58,112 nucleotides of DNA from contig DATLDY010000292.1 of assembly GCA_035525655.1 (NCBI GenBank), positions 1 to 58,112 on the forward strand. Direction: 5' to 3'. The notes beneath the pieces were generated by a model. The model had not been told where the DNA came from. It saw only the letters and a list, made by a program, of their open reading frames with translations, and searched no databases. Below are positions 12,077 to 23,564 of this stretch, piece by piece (position 1 is the first letter of the stretch; the number at the start of each line of letters is the position of its first letter). Source of the DNA: Burkholderiales bacterium. GTDB lineage: Bacteria; Pseudomonadota; Gammaproteobacteria; Burkholderiales; SG8-39. Made by a program: the position numbers and the translations under genes.

Positions 12077-15000
12077 TTACGCGACTTTTTGCGGTGAGCC
12101 GGCGAGCTCGCCGAGTGCGCGACGGTATTCCCTCGGGAACACCTTGATGAAGCGCGGCCGATACTCTGCCCAGTTCTTGAGGACGTCCGCGCCACGCTTG
12201 GAACCGGTGAACCTGACATGCCGCTCGAGCAGGCTCTTCACGATGCTCTCATCCGATTCGCCGTGATGCCAGAAAGCGCGCGGCAGTTTTCCGTGCTGTT
12301 CCGATTCCGAAAGCAGGGGCTCGAGGTCGACCATTGCCGGGTTGCACCGCTTGGCGAACTCTCCGTCCACGTCCAGCACGTAGGCCAGCCCACCCGACAT
12401 GCCGGCGGCGAAGTTACGCCCGGTACTGCCGAGAACGACAACCGTGCCGCCCGTCATGTACTCGCAGCCGTGGTCGCCGACGCCCTCGACCACAGCGCGG
12501 GCGCCGGAGTTGCGTACGGCGAAACGCTCGCCGCCGACGCCGCGGAAATAGGCCTCGCCCGCAATCGCGCCGTAGAGCACGACGTTGCCGGTGATGATGT
12601 TGTCGGCCGGGTCACCCCGGAATTTCGGCGACGGCTGCACCGAGATCCTGCCGCCGGAGAGCCCCTTGCCGCAGTAGTCGTTCGTATCACCGACCAGGTC
12701 GAGCGTCACCCCGTGCGCGAGGAATGCGCCAAAGCTCTGGCCAGCGGAGCCCGCGAGCCGAATGTGCACGGTGTCGTCCGGCAAGCCTTCATGGCCGTAT
12801 CGCTTCGCGATCTGCCAGGAAAGCATCGTGCCGACGGTGCGATTGATGTTGCGGATCGGCATTTCTATCGTGACCTTCTCGCGCCGCTCGAGGGCCGGCT
12901 GCGCGAGCTCGATCAGGCGGTTGTCGAGCGCTTTCTGCAGACCGTGTTCCTGATTCTCCTGGTGGTAATGCGCGACCCCCGCCGGCATCTTCGGCATGGC
13001 GAAGACGCGCGAGAAGTCGAGCCCCTGCGCCTTCCAGTGCTCGATGCCCTGGCGCATGTCGAGCAGCTCGGTCCGACCGATGAGCTCATCCACCTTGCGC
13101 ACGCCCAGGCGCGCCATCAACTCGCGGGCTTCCTCGGCGACGAAGAAGAAGTAGTTCACCACGTGCTCGGGCTTGCCTTCGAACTTCTGGCGCAGCACCG
13201 GATCCTGCGTCGCCACGCCGACCGGGCAGGTGTTGAGGTGGCATTTGCGCATCATGATGCAGCCCTCGACCACCAGCGGCGCGGTCGCGAAGCCGAACTC
13301 GTCGGCGCCGAGGATCGCGCCGACGACAACGTCGCGGCCGGTCTTCATCTGGCCGTCGACCTGCACTGCGATGCGACCGCGCAGGCGATTCAGCACCAGA
13401 GTCTGCTGCGTCTCGGCGAGGCCCAGTTCCCAAGGGGTGCCCGCGTGCTTGACCGACGACCAGGGCGCCGCGCCCGTGCCGCCATCGTGACCCGCTATGG
13501 TGACGTGGTCCGACTTCCCCTTGGCGACGCCTGCGGCGATGGTGCCCACGCCGACTTCGGAGACCAGCTTGACCGAGACCAGGGCCTCAGGGTTCGAGTT
13601 TTTGAGATCGTGGATCAGCTGCGCGAGATCCTCGATCGAATAGATGTCGTGATGGGGCGGCGGGGAAATCAGCTCGACGCCCGGCGTGGCATAGCGCAGC
13701 TCGGCGATGTATTCCGAAACTTTCTTGCCCGGCAGTTGGCCGCCCTCTCCCGGCTTTGCGCCCTGCGCGATCTTGATCTGCAGCATCTCGGCGCTGGCGA
13801 GGTATTCGGCGGTTACGCCGAAGCGACCTGACGCCACCTGCTTGATCTTCGACTTGAGCGAGTCGCCTTCGCGCAACGGAAAGTCCACTTCGACGCGCCC
13901 CTTGCCCAGGCGCGACTGCAGCGACTCGCCGGCCTTCACCGGCGCATAGCGGCGCCGGTCTTCGCCGCCTTCGCCGGTGTTGGACTTGCCGCCGATGCGG
14001 TTCATGGCGATGGCGAGCGTGGTGTGCGCCTCGGTCGAGATCGAGCCGAGCGACATCGCCCCGGTAGAGAAGCGCTTCACGATCTCGGCTGCCGGCTCCA
14101 CTTCCTCGATCGGCACGGGCTTGCGCTCGCCGAAGCGGAACTCGAACAGGCCACGGAAGGTCAGGTGGCGGCGCGACTGGTCGTTGATGAGCGCCGCGTA
14201 CTCCTTGTACGTGGCATACGAGTTCGAGCGCGCCGAATGCTGCAGCTTGGCGATGGCGTCGGGCGTCCAGGTGTGATCTTCGCCCCGCACGCGCCAGGCA
14301 TACTCGCCCCCGGCATCGAGCATCGCCGCGAGTACCGGGTCGCGCTCGTCGAACGCCGCTCGGTGGATGCGCAGCGCCTCTTCGGCGACCTGGAAGAGAT
14401 CGATGCCCTCGATGTTCGACGCGGTGCCGGTGAAATACTTCTCGACCAGCGATCTCGCCATGCCCACTGCCTCGAACTGCTGCGAGCCGGTGTACGACAT
14501 GTAGGTCGAGATGCCCATCTTGGACATCACCTTCTTCAATCCCTTGCCAATGGCCTTGACGTAATTCTTGACGGCCTTCGACTGTGCCGAGGGGTTGAGG
14601 GCAAGCACGGTCTCGAGGGCGAGGTACGGATGCACGGCCTCGGCGCCATAGCCGCCGAGCAATGCGAAGTGGTGCACTTCGCGCGCACTGCCGGTCTCGA
14701 CGACCAGGCCGGTCGACGTGCGCAACCCCTTGCCGACCAGGTGCTGGTGGATCGCGGAAAGCGCTAGCAGCGCGGGAATCGCCACGCGTTCGCGGTCGAC
14801 GATGCGATCGGAGATGACGATAATCGAATAGCCGGAGCGCACCGCGTCCTCGGCCTGCGCGGCGAGCGAGGCCAGCCGCGCTTCGACGGCCTCCTTCCCC
14901 CACGCCAGCGGATAGGTGATGTCGAGCTCCCACGCCTTGAACTTGCCGCCGGTGTAGCGCTCGATGTGGCGGATCTTCTCCATCTCGTAGAAGTCGAGCA

Positions 15001-16702
15001 CCGGCTGCGAGACTTCCAGCCGCAGCGGGGGGTTCAGCTCGTCGATCCCCAGAAGGTTGGGCTTGGGGCCGATGAAGGACACGAGCGACATCACCAGTTC
15101 TTCGCGGATCGGGTCGATTGCCGGGTTGGTGACCTGGGCGAAGAGCTGCTTGAAGTAGTGGTACACCGTCTTGTTCTTGTTCGACAGCACCGCGAGGGGC
15201 GAATCGTTGCCCATCGAGCCGATCGGCTCCTCGCCGGCGCTGCTCATCGGCTGCAGGATGAACTTCAGGTCCTCCTGCGTATAGGCGAACGCCTGCTGAC
15301 GGTCGAGGAGCGGCACCTTCGACTTGAAGGGCTGCGTCTTCTCGCTTTCGACTTCGTCCAGCTTCACGCGGATGCGCTCGATCCACTCGGCGTAGGGCTT
15401 GGCGCTGGCGAGCGCGTCCTTCAGCTCCTTGTCGTCGACGATGCGACCCTTTTCCAGGTCGACGAGGAACATCTTTCCGGGCTGCAGGCGCCACTTCTTG
15501 ACGATCCGCTCTTCGGGGATCGGCAAGCAGCCGCACTCCGAGCCCATGATGACGAGGTCGTCGTCGGTGACGATGTAGCGCGACGGGCGCAAGCCATTGC
15601 GATCGAGCGTGGCGCCGATCTGGCGGCCGTCGGTGAACGCGATCGACGCGGGGCCGTCCCACGGTTCCATCATCGCGGCGTGGTATTCGTAGAACGCGCG
15701 CCGCTGCGGATCCATCAGCGTGTGGTTCTCCCACGCTTCCGGAATCATCATCATCATGGCGTGCGCGACCGAGTAGCCGCCCATGACGAGGAGCTCGAGC
15801 GCGTTATCGAAGGAGGCCGAATCCGACTGGCCGGCGTAGATGAGCGGCCAGATTTTCTCCAGATCGTCGCCGAGGATTGGAGAGGCGATGGCGCCCTGGC
15901 GCGCCCGGATCCAGTTCACGTTGCCGCGCAGCGTGTTGATCTCGCCGTTGTGGCTGATCAACCGGAACGGATGCGCCAGGTCCCACGACGGGAAGGTGTT
16001 GGTCGAAAACCGCTGATGCACCATCGCGATCGCCGACTCGACACGCGCATCCTTCAGATCGAGGTAGTACTCGCCGACCTGGTTGGCGAGCAGCATGCCC
16101 TTGTAGACGATCGTGCGCGCCGACATCGACGGCACGTAGAACTCCTTGCCGTGCTTCAGCTTGAGCGCCTGGATGGCGTGCCCCGAGCTCTTACGGATGA
16201 TGTAGAGCTTGCGCTCCAGCGCGTCGGTCACGGTCACGCGGCGGCCGCGGCCGATGAACACCTGCCGGATCACGGGCTCGAGCTGGACCGCCGGCTGGGC
16301 GAGGTCGGAGTTGTCGACCGGCACGTCGCGCCAGCCGAGGAGCACCTGGCCTTCGTCCTTGATGGCACGCTCGATTTCGTATTCGCAGGCGATGCGCGAG
16401 GCCGGGTCGCGCGGCATGAACACCATGCCGACACCGTACTGGCCGGCGGGCGGCAGCTTCACGCCCTGCTTCGCCATCTCTTCGCGGAAGAAGCGATCCG
16501 GGATCTGGATCAGGATGCCGGCGCCGTCGGAGAGCTTCGGGTCCCAGCCCACCGCGCCGCGATGAGTGAGGTTGCGCAGCACCGTCAGGCCCTGCTCAAC
16601 GATGGTGTGCGACTTGCGGCCCTTGATGTTTGCGACAAAGCCGACGCCGCACGCGTCGTGTTCGTTTTCGGGGCTGTAGAGCCCTTGCGCTTCTAAGCCC
16701 AT
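12077..16702 (-). CDS. gltB: glutamate synthase large subunit
   Basis: 1541 aa. It has the Ntn-amidotransferase Cys in [16 protein letters not shown], plus FMN/3Fe-4S central and GXGXG C-terminal domain sequence. Confidence 0.97.
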   Translation of the reverse strand: MGLEAQGLYSPENEHDACGVGFVANIKGRKSHTIVEQGLTVLRNLTHRGAVGWDPKLSDGAGILIQIPDRFFREEMAKQGVKLPPAGQYGVGMVFMPRDPASRIACEYEIERAIKDEGQVLLGWRDVPVDNSDLAQPAVQLEPVIRQVFIGRGRRVTVTDALERKLYIIRKSSGHAIQALKLKHGKEFYVPSMSARTIVYKGMLLANQVGEYYLDLKDARVESAIAMVHQRFSTNTFPSWDLAHPFRLISHNGEINTLRGNVNWIRARQGAIASPILGDDLEKIWPLIYAGQSDSASFDNALELLVMGGYSVAHAMMMMIPEAWENHTLMDPQRRAFYEYHAAMMEPWDGPASIAFTDGRQIGATLDRNGLRPSRYIVTDDDLVIMGSECGCLPIPEERIVKKWRLQPGKMFLVDLEKGRIVDDKELKDALASAKPYAEWIERIRVKLDEVESEKTQPFKSKVPLLDRQQAFAYTQEDLKFILQPMSSAGEEPIGSMGNDSPLAVLSNKNKTVYHYFKQLFAQVTNPAIDPIREELVMSLVSFIGPKPNLLGIDELNPPLRLEVSQPVLDFYEMEKIRHIERYTGGKFKAWELDITYPLAWGKEAVEARLASLAAQAEDAVRSGYSIIVISDRIVDRERVAIPALLALSAIHQHLVGKGLRTSTGLVVETGSAREVHHFALLGGYGAEAVHPYLALETVLALNPSAQSKAVKNYVKAIGKGLKKVMSKMGISTYMSYTGSQQFEAVGMARSLVEKYFTGTASNIEGIDLFQVAEEALRIHRAAFDERDPVLAAMLDAGGEYAWRVRGEDHTWTPDAIAKLQHSARSNSYATYKEYAALINDQSRRHLTFRGLFEFRFGERKPVPIEEVEPAAEIVKRFSTGAMSLGSISTEAHTTLAIAMNRIGGKSNTGEGGEDRRRYAPVKAGESLQSRLGKGRVEVDFPLREGDSLKSKIKQVASGRFGVTAEYLASAEMLQIKIAQGAKPGEGGQLPGKKVSEYIAELRYATPGVELISPPPHHDIYSIEDLAQLIHDLKNSNPEALVSVKLVSEVGVGTIAAGVAKGKSDHVTIAGHDGGTGAAPWSSVKHAGTPWELGLAETQQTLVLNRLRGRIAVQVDGQMKTGRDVVVGAILGADEFGFATAPLVVEGCIMMRKCHLNTCPVGVATQDPVLRQKFEGKPEHVVNYFFFVAEEARELMARLGVRKVDELIGRTELLDMRQGIEHWKAQGLDFSRVFAMPKMPAGVAHYHQENQEHGLQKALDNRLIELAQPALERREKVTIEMPIRNINRTVGTMLSWQIAKRYGHEGLPDDTVHIRLAGSAGQSFGAFLAHGVTLDLVGDTNDYCGKGLSGGRISVQPSPKFRGDPADNIITGNVVLYGAIAGEAYFRGVGGERFAVRNSGARAVVEGVGDHGCEYMTGGTVVVLGSTGRNFAAGMSGGLAYVLDVDGEFAKRCNPAMVDLEPLLSESEQHGKLPRAFWHHGESDESIVKSLLERHVRFTGSKRGADVLKNWAEYRPRFIKVFPREYRRALGELAGSPQKVA

Positions 16703-16785
16703 GATCTCAAAAGAACGTTGCGGCTCTGCACAAAAAATTGGGTCGAACCGTTGAATATACCTTTGTAGTCTGCGAGCTACAAGGG

Positions 16786-17874
16786 TTACTGCGCTGCAGC
16801 GGCGATGGCGGCTTCCACCAGAGGTGCATCGATCGGCGTCTGCTTTGCGCGGCCGATGGCCTCGAGCACGATGAAGCGGACCTCGCCACGCGCGCTCTTC
16901 TTGTCCAGCGAGATCAACTCGCGCCAGCGTTCAGGCGACAGGCTGGGCGCCTTCGTTTCCAGGCCTGCGCGGGCGATAAGCGCCCGCATGCGCTGCGCTT
17001 CCTGCGGCTTGAGGAGCCCGGCGCGCACGGAAAGCTCAGCGGCGATCACCATGCCGGCGGCAACCGCCTCGCCATGCAGCCAGGGACCGAAGCCAGTGGC
17101 GGTTTCGATGGCATGCCCGAAGGTGTGGCCGAAGTTGAGGAACGCCCGTACGCCGGACTCGCGCTCGTCTTGCGCCACGATGGCGGCCTTCAACTCGCAC
17201 GAGCGCCTAACTGCGTAGGCGAGCGCCTCGCGGTCGCGCTCGAGCAGCTTTTGGATGTTGCGCTCGAGCCAGTCGACGAAGGGGGCGTCGAGCGCGAAGC
17301 CGTGCTTGATGACCTCTGCAAGGCCGGCGCGCAGCTCTCGCTGCGGCAGCGTATCGAGCGTCGCCATGTCGGAAATGACCGCGCGCGGCTGGTGGAAGGC
17401 GCCGACCATGTTCTTGCCGCGCGCATGGTTGATCGCGGTCTTGCCGCCCACGGACGAATCGACCTGGGCGAGCAGCGTCGTCGGCAGCTGGAGGAAGGGA
17501 ATGCCGCGCTGGTAGGTCGCCGCGGCGAATCCCGCGAGATCGCCGATGACGCCCCCCCCGAGGGCCACGATCACCGTGTCGCGTCCCAGGCGCGCCGCGA
17601 GCAAGGCGTCGAAGATCCGCTCGAGATTGGCCCAGCGCTTGGCTTGCTCGCCGTCTTCGACCACCACCTCCACGAGGCGTGCAGCGCCTGCCGATTGCAG
17701 CGCAGCCTTCACCCGCGCGAGGTAGAGCGGCGCAACGACCTCGTTGGTGACGATGGCCGCGCTGCCCGCAAAATGCGGCGCATAGAGCTCGGCACGTTCC
17801 AGGAGGCCGGCGCCGATGTGGATCGGATAAGCCCGCCCGCCCGCGGCGGGCAAGGCTACGCGGAGGCTTTCCAC
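16786..17874 (-). CDS. aroB: 3-dehydroquinate synthase
   Basis: 362 aa. Family motifs: [45 protein letters not shown] and [10 protein letters not shown]. Confidence 0.95.
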   Translation of the reverse strand: MESLRVALPAAGGRAYPIHIGAGLLERAELYAPHFAGSAAIVTNEVVAPLYLARVKAALQSAGAARLVEVVVEDGEQAKRWANLERIFDALLAARLGRDTVIVALGGGVIGDLAGFAAATYQRGIPFLQLPTTLLAQVDSSVGGKTAINHARGKNMVGAFHQPRAVISDMATLDTLPQRELRAGLAEVIKHGFALDAPFVDWLERNIQKLLERDREALAYAVRRSCELKAAIVAQDERESGVRAFLNFGHTFGHAIETATGFGPWLHGEAVAAGMVIAAELSVRAGLLKPQEAQRMRALIARAGLETKAPSLSPERWRELISLDKKSARGEVRFIVLEAIGRAKQTPIDAPLVEAAIAAAAQ

Positions 17875-18389
17875 AGGTCTCCGAGCTGCTCGGTCAGCGA
17901 GCGGGCGAGCGACTGCACCGTCTGCCGTCCGGTATCGACCACAACATCCGCGACGCCCCGATACAAGGGATCGCGTTGCCCGTAAAGCTCGTGCAGGCGT
18001 GCCAGCGGATCGGGCGTGGCGAGGAGCGGGCGGTTGCGGTCCTGCCGCACACGCTCGTAGAGATCTTCGGGCTTCGCGCAGAGATAGATCACCGTGCCGC
18101 GCGCGGCTAACCGCTGGCGGTTATCGTCGGCGAGTACAGCGCCCCCGCCGGTGGCGAGCACGATGCCCTCGAGCGCGGTGAGATCGGCCAGCACCTGGCT
18201 CTCGCGCGCACGAAATCCGGGTTCGCCCTCGATCTCGAAGATGAGCGGCACCTTGACGCCACAGCGGCGCTCGATCTCGTGGTCGCAGTCGACGAAGCGC
18301 AATTTGAGCCGGCGCGCGAGCAGGCGGCCGACCGTGGTCTTGCCGGCCCCCATCATGCCCACGAGATAGAGATTGCCCGGACGCTTCAT
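17856..18389 (-). CDS. aroK: shikimate kinase
   Basis: ORF 17856..18551 trimmed to ATG 18389. N-terminus [22 protein letters not shown] carries the P-loop. 177 aa. It overlaps the aroB start by 19 nt. Confidence 0.92.
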   Translation of the reverse strand: MKRPGNLYLVGMMGAGKTTVGRLLARRLKLRFVDCDHEIERRCGVKVPLIFEIEGEPGFRARESQVLADLTALEGIVLATGGGAVLADDNRQRLAARGTVIYLCAKPEDLYERVRQDRNRPLLATPDPLARLHELYGQRDPLYRGVADVVVDTGRQTVQSLARSLTEQLGDLWKASA

Positions 18390-18400
18390 AGCGGCATTGT

Positions 18401-18432
18401 AGAAACAAAAACGGCCGGGCGAGCCCGGCCGT
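18401..18432 (-). terminator. rho-independent terminator after pilQ
   Basis: Minus strand reads ACGGCCGGG-CUCG-CCCGGCCGU (9-bp GC stem) followed by UUUUGUUUCU. It starts 22 nt after the pilQ stop and ends 11 nt before the aroK ATG. Confidence 0.75.
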
Positions 18433-18454
18433 GTCAGTGCCACAAAGGCGGCGA

Positions 18455-20539
18455 TCAGCGAATGGTCAGGCGTTCGTTGACGATGCGCGGGGTGATGAAA
18501 ATGAGGAGCTCGGTCTTCCCGGTTGCGTTGGCGGTGTTCTTGAACAGCCACCCGACGAGCGGCAGGTCGCCGAGGAAGGGCACCTTGGTGATGTCGGTGC
18601 GGTCGTTCTGCTCGTAGATGCCGCCGATCACCACCGTGCCGCCGTTCTCCACCAGCACCTCGGTCTTCACGTGCTTGGTATTGATCTGCACGCCGAAAGT
18701 GGTCACCGGCCCGGGCTGGTCCTTGTTGACGTCGAGCGTCATGATGATGTTGCCGTCAGGGGTGATCTGCGGCTTCACCTTGAGCGCGAGGTTGGCCTTG
18801 CGGAACGCAAGGGCCGTAGCGCCGGAAGAGGTCGCCGTCTGGTACGGGATCTCCGTGCCCTGCTCGATGATGGCCTCGACCTGGTCGGCGGTCAGCACGC
18901 GCGGGCTGGCGATAATCTTGCCCTTGCCGTCGGCCTCGAGCGCCGAAACCTCGAGGTTGAGAAAGCGCGTCAGCTGCGTGTTGAACAGGATGAAGGAGAA
19001 CTGTCCCGCATTGAAGCCGTTCAAGCCGGCGGCGCGCATGTTGCTGTTGAGCGAATTGCCCGCGAAGTCGGGCGTGTCAATGATCTGCCCGGTGCGAAAG
19101 CCGGTGGCCTCGAGACCGCCGCCGATCGTGCCGCGTGCGCCCATTCCCACCGGGAAACCGCTGCCGACCTGATTGAAGCCGAGTCTCGCCCCGAGGTTAC
19201 GGCTGAAGGTCTCGTTTGCCTCAACGATGCGCGCCTCGATCATTACCTGGCGCACGGCGATGTCGATCTTGGCAAGAAGGCGCCGCACCTCTTCCAGTCG
19301 GCTCGGGGTGTCCTGTACAAACAGCGTGTTGGTGCGGGCGTCCACCACGGCGCTGCCGCGCTTGGAGAGAATGCGCTGATTCGGATCCGACAGCAGCTTC
19401 TGCACGTCGACCGCTTTCTGGTAGTTCATCTGGAACGACTCGGTGCGCGTCTGCTCCAGATCGGAGATCTGATTCTGTGCTTCGAGCGCGAGCTTCTCGC
19501 GCGTGGCGAGCTCGTCGCGCGGCGCGATCCAGATCACGTTGCCGCTGCGGCGGCTATCCAGGCCCCGCGTCTGCAGGATGATCTCGAGCGCCTGGTCCCA
19601 AGGGACATCTTTCAGGCGCAGGGTGATGTTCCCCGCCACCGTGTCGCTCGTGATGATGTTGAGATCGGTGAAATCCGCGATGACGTTCAGCACCGCGCGC
19701 ACTTCGACGTTCTGGAAGTTGAGCGACAGCTTCTCGCCGGTGTAGCGCCCGCGCTGGGAGACGCGCGACGGATCGACCACGACCGGCTTTACTTCCAGCA
19801 CGAACTGGGTGTCGGTCTGGTAGGCGTTGTGCTCCCACACGCCCTTGGGCTCGATCACCATCCGCACGTTGTCGCCCTGCTGGAATGCGGCGACGGTGTT
19901 GACGGGGGTGCCGAAGTCGACCACGTCGAGGCGACGGCGCAGGTTGTCCGGTAGCGTGGTCTTCAGGAACTCGACGACGATGTTCTGGCCTTGCTGGCGG
20001 ATATCGATGCCCGTGGTGCTGTCGGACAGGTCGACGACGACCCGGCCTTCGCCGCCGCGCCCGCGGCGGAAATCGACGTCGCGGATGGCGTGCTTCGCAT
20101 CGGCCTTGCCCTCGGCAAAGCGCGCGACCTGGCCGCCGGGCGCCGTCTGAGCGACGGCCGGCTCCGACAACGTGATCAGCACGTTACGGCCATCAATCGT
20201 CGCTTCGTGCGACACGGGGCGCCGCAGGTTCAGCACCACGCGGGTGCGGTCGCTGCCCTGCACGACGTTCATGCTGCGCAGCTCGCCCTCTGCAATGTCC
20301 TGCGTCGAGCGGCCTAGGCCGTTCACCGTGTTGGGAAAGTCGAAGGCGATGCGCGCAGGGTTGGCGACCGCGAAATTCGGCGGCACGCTGCGTAGCGGCT
20401 CCTTCGTCGTGATCCGCACCACGATCTTGCCCGCCTGCTGGGTGACGTCGAAGGAATCGATGCTGTTGGACTGTGCTGCTGCGAGCCCCGTCCATAAGAG
20501 GCACAGCCCGAAAATGTAGAGAATTTTTCTGGTTTTCAT
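18455..20539 (-). CDS. pilQ: type IV pilus secretin
   Basis: ORF trimmed to ATG 20539 (MKTRKILYIFGLCLLWTGLAAAQ signal peptide), an ATGA overlap with pilP. It has AMIN-like N-terminal repeats and a C-terminal secretin domain ending (VPFLGDLPLVGWLFK). Confidence 0.95.
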   Translation of the reverse strand: MKTRKILYIFGLCLLWTGLAAAQSNSIDSFDVTQQAGKIVVRITTKEPLRSVPPNFAVANPARIAFDFPNTVNGLGRSTQDIAEGELRSMNVVQGSDRTRVVLNLRRPVSHEATIDGRNVLITLSEPAVAQTAPGGQVARFAEGKADAKHAIRDVDFRRGRGGEGRVVVDLSDSTTGIDIRQQGQNIVVEFLKTTLPDNLRRRLDVVDFGTPVNTVAAFQQGDNVRMVIEPKGVWEHNAYQTDTQFVLEVKPVVVDPSRVSQRGRYTGEKLSLNFQNVEVRAVLNVIADFTDLNIITSDTVAGNITLRLKDVPWDQALEIILQTRGLDSRRSGNVIWIAPRDELATREKLALEAQNQISDLEQTRTESFQMNYQKAVDVQKLLSDPNQRILSKRGSAVVDARTNTLFVQDTPSRLEEVRRLLAKIDIAVRQVMIEARIVEANETFSRNLGARLGFNQVGSGFPVGMGARGTIGGGLEATGFRTGQIIDTPDFAGNSLNSNMRAAGLNGFNAGQFSFILFNTQLTRFLNLEVSALEADGKGKIIASPRVLTADQVEAIIEQGTEIPYQTATSSGATALAFRKANLALKVKPQITPDGNIIMTLDVNKDQPGPVTTFGVQINTKHVKTEVLVENGGTVVIGGIYEQNDRTDITKVPFLGDLPLVGWLFKNTANATGKTELLIFITPRIVNERLTIR

Positions 20540-21072
20540 TTTTGTCCCTCCACCAATTGCAGCCCGCTTGCGCGCTCGACCCACTCGCCGCCGCTGTCCT
20601 GCACCAATTCCTTCAGCTTGATGCCACCCTCGTCAATGCCGGTGATGACGCCGAAGTTCTGGCCCATGTAATTGCCCTTCTTTACGCGGTACAGGTTGGG
20701 CCCCGCCTTCACCAGCGCGAAGGTTTCCTTGTCCTGCGTGATCGTGCCGAGCATCTGGATCGATTCGAGAGGGAAGGATTCAAGCGGCTCCTTCACGCGC
20801 TTTTCATGCTCGGCGAGTATTTCAGGCACCTTGGCACCGCGATCGCCGCCTTGCGCAATCTCGATGCGGTCGAGGCGGAACGGGTCCACCTGGCCTTCAC
20901 TCGTGTAGGGAACCGGCTCGTAAGGCCGCACCTGGGGCAGCGGGGGCACCTGGCCGCGGAAATCCTTCGTGAGCTCCGCGAGCTCCTGCTTGAGGTCGCC
21001 GTGCTCGTCGCCGCTGCAGCCTGCAAGGAACGCGGCACCGCCGCAGAAAGCAAGGATGAGCGCGCGCCTCAT
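20536..21072 (-). CDS. pilP: type IV pilus assembly lipoprotein PilP
   Basis: 178 aa. Lipobox AFLAGC. Position between pilO and pilQ. Confidence 0.85.
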   Translation of the reverse strand: MRRALILAFCGGAAFLAGCSGDEHGDLKQELAELTKDFRGQVPPLPQVRPYEPVPYTSEGQVDPFRLDRIEIAQGGDRGAKVPEILAEHEKRVKEPLESFPLESIQMLGTITQDKETFALVKAGPNLYRVKKGNYMGQNFGVITGIDEGGIKLKELVQDSGGEWVERASGLQLVEGQK

Positions 21073-21734
21073 TTCTTGGCGGCTCCCTTCTTCGCCGACG
21101 ACCTGCGCTGTGCCGCGACTTCCTCATCGTCAAGGTAGCGGAAGGTGCGGGCCGTGACGTCCATCGTGAGCAGCCCGCCGTCCTTGCCGGTGCCCGCCGT
21201 GATGGCGACGTCATTCAGCGTAACGATGCGCGGCAGCTGGCCGACGTCGCTCGCGAACGCGCCCATGTCGTGGTACGTGCCGGTGACCTTGAGCGTGATC
21301 GGGCGCTCAGAGTAGAACTCGCGCGTGATCTCGCCAGCCGAGGGCCGGAACAGCTCGAACTGCAGGCCGCGGCCAAGGCCCGCCTGGTTAATGTCGACAA
21401 GCAGCGCATCCATCTGCGAACGGTTCGGCAGCTGGCGCAAGAGAGCGCCGAACTGCGTGTCGATCTCACGCAGCTGCTGGCGATGCAGATCCAGGTTGAC
21501 GGCCTGCTTTTTCTTGTCGAGGTACTGCTCCTTCAGCTTGGCTTCCTCGCCCTGCATGCGTTCGAGCTCGTCGATCTGCGTCTGCGTATCGGCGAAAAAG
21601 CCGGCGACCGGGATCGCCACCAGGATCGCGAGGAGGACCAGGAGCTTCGGCGCCGCGTGCCAGGTGCCCGGATCCTTCCAGTTAGTTCGCTTGATCTCCT
21701 CGAGGATGCCGTTGAGGTTGATGTTGATCGCCAT
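21069..21734 (-). CDS. pilO: type IV pilus inner-membrane component PilO
   Basis: 221 aa with a single TM segment then a coiled coil. ATGA-type overlap with pilP. Operon position supports the call. Confidence 0.85.
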   Translation of the reverse strand: MAININLNGILEEIKRTNWKDPGTWHAAPKLLVLLAILVAIPVAGFFADTQTQIDELERMQGEEAKLKEQYLDKKKQAVNLDLHRQQLREIDTQFGALLRQLPNRSQMDALLVDINQAGLGRGLQFELFRPSAGEITREFYSERPITLKVTGTYHDMGAFASDVGQLPRIVTLNDVAITAGTGKDGGLLTMDVTARTFRYLDDEEVAAQRRSSAKKGAAKK

Positions 21735-21736
21735 GG

Positions 21737-22339
21737 CTAACCTTTCTTCGCCGCGGCCGGTGCCGGGGCGGCGGGCGCGGGCGCTGGCGCCGCCTCGCGC
21801 TTCAGGGAGACGAACATCGTGAACTCGGACACCTTGCGCTTCTCGAGCGGCGTCGCGCGCACCTCGATCAGCTCCGGGCTGGCGAGCCAGCGCGACGCTT
21901 CGATATTGCGCATCAGCGTGGACACGCGCGCGTTCGACTGCGCGTAGCCGAGGAGCTGGATGCGCGTGCCCCGCTGCGTGACGGACTTGAGGAAAACGCC
22001 CTCCGGCATCTGCTTCACGAGCTCATCCAGAAGGTGCACTGTCTGCGCCCGGTCAGCCTGGAGGGTCTCGATGACTTGCTTGCGTGCGAGGAGCGCCTGG
22101 ATCTCATCGCGCAGCTTGTTGATCTCGGCGATCTCCTTGTCGAGCTTCGCCATCTCGCTTTTTAGGAACGCATTACGGCCTTCCTGCGCGCTGATTCGCT
22201 CGGCGTAATAGCTGTGCATCAGGCCGACGATCAGCAACCCGACGATAGCGGTGCCGGCGGAGACGACGATGAAGTGCTGCTTGGCCCGCTTGCGCTTCTC
22301 GGCGCGGTGCGGCAGTAGGTTTACACGCGCGATTGTCAT
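21737..22339 (-). CDS. pilN: type IV pilus assembly protein PilN
   Basis: 200 aa. It has the conserved N-terminal INLLPHR motif (VNLLPHRAEKRK), a TM segment and an Ala/Pro-rich tail. Confidence 0.88.
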   Translation of the reverse strand: MTIARVNLLPHRAEKRKRAKQHFIVVSAGTAIVGLLIVGLMHSYYAERISAQEGRNAFLKSEMAKLDKEIAEINKLRDEIQALLARKQVIETLQADRAQTVHLLDELVKQMPEGVFLKSVTQRGTRIQLLGYAQSNARVSTLMRNIEASRWLASPELIEVRATPLEKRKVSEFTMFVSLKREAAPAPAPAAPAPAAAKKG

Positions 22340-23412
22340 TGCGGGTCGAACCTTCTCATGGCGAGACCGCAGGCAACGATGAGCGAAGGCGCGTCGGCCA
22401 TCAGGCGCTTGAGCGGCACCCGCGGCGAGGTCTGCATCTGCGCGAACGGGTTCGCGACGCTGGTGGGCACTTGGGTGCGCGTGCTCACCACCTCGTCGAG
22501 GCCCGGAATCACGGCCGAGCCGCCCGCGAGCAGGATGTGTTCTATCGTGTGGTACGTCGTCGAGGTGAAGAAGAACTGCAGCGCCCGCTGCACCTCGCCC
22601 GACAGGTTCTCCATGAAGGGCTTCAGTACTTCGGTCTCGAAATCGTCGGGCAGGCCGCCATTGCGCTTGGCGTTTTCCGCCTCTTCCGCGCTCATCCCGT
22701 AGCGGGTCACGATCTCCTGCGTCAGCTGGTTCCCGCCGAAGGCCTGCTCGCGTGTGTAAATAGACTGGTCGTTGCGAAGGACCGTCACGTTCATGACGTT
22801 CGCGCCGACATCGACGATGGCGACGTTCTGGTCCTTGCCGCCGCTGGGCAGCGCCTGCACGACGAGCGCGAGCGCGCTCTGCTGCGCCAAGGACTCCACG
22901 TCCATCACGAGCGCCTTGAGGCCAGCCGAGTCGGCAACCGCGACGCGGTCCTCGACCTTTTCCTTGCGCGTGGCGGCGATCAGTACCTCCTGCTCTTCGG
23001 GCGTCGCCGCGGAGGGGCCCACCACCTGGAAGTCGAGGTTCACTTCCTCGAGCGCGAAAGGAATGTACTGGTTCGCCTCGCTCTCGACCTGAACTTCCAG
23101 CTCTTCGTCGCGCAGTCCGGCCGGCACGACGATTTTCTTCGAGATGACGGCGCCGGTCGGCACGGCCATGGCGACGTGCTTGGTACGCGTGCCAAGGCGC
23201 TTGTGGGCGCGACGCACCGCGTCGGTAACCGCTTCGAGATTGTTGATGTTGCCGTCGACCACTGCGTCGCGCGCAAGCGGCTCGATAACATAGCGTTCGA
23301 CGCGGTAGGTCGCCTTGCCCGCGTCGACGATCTCAAGCATCTTCACGGAGGACGAACTGATGTCGAGGCCGAAGAGGGGTGGCGCCTTGGGCGTGAACAG
23401 ATCGAAAGCCAT
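22336..23412 (-). CDS. pilM: type IV pilus assembly ATPase-fold protein PilM
   Basis: 358 aa with an actin-like fold sequence (GLDISSSSVKMLE...). First gene of the pilMNOPQ string. Confidence 0.92.
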   Translation of the reverse strand: MAFDLFTPKAPPLFGLDISSSSVKMLEIVDAGKATYRVERYVIEPLARDAVVDGNINNLEAVTDAVRRAHKRLGTRTKHVAMAVPTGAVISKKIVVPAGLRDEELEVQVESEANQYIPFALEEVNLDFQVVGPSAATPEEQEVLIAATRKEKVEDRVAVADSAGLKALVMDVESLAQQSALALVVQALPSGGKDQNVAIVDVGANVMNVTVLRNDQSIYTREQAFGGNQLTQEIVTRYGMSAEEAENAKRNGGLPDDFETEVLKPFMENLSGEVQRALQFFFTSTTYHTIEHILLAGGSAVIPGLDEVVSTRTQVPTSVANPFAQMQTSPRVPLKRLMADAPSLIVACGLAMRRFDPQ

Positions 23413-23564
23413 CGGGTTGACCTTTAGTTATTTTCCCCTTTGCGTATCGCGAGTTAGCGGCGATACGTAGAATTCGCCTTAAATCCTAGCAACAACCCCT
23501 CCCGGTGTCTAGTTAATTATCCACGCGACGCGACCGGGTATCATCCGGCGTATCAATACCGCGC

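Noticed and set aside
12218-16696. Plus-strand ORFs of 537 and 576 aa (12218..13831, 14966..16696) and a 715-aa alternative-frame minus-strand ORF (13587..15734) within gltB.
   Set aside because: All overlap the 1541-aa glutamate synthase large-subunit frame, which is unambiguous. Their translations are low-complexity and Arg/Asp/His/Gly-rich.
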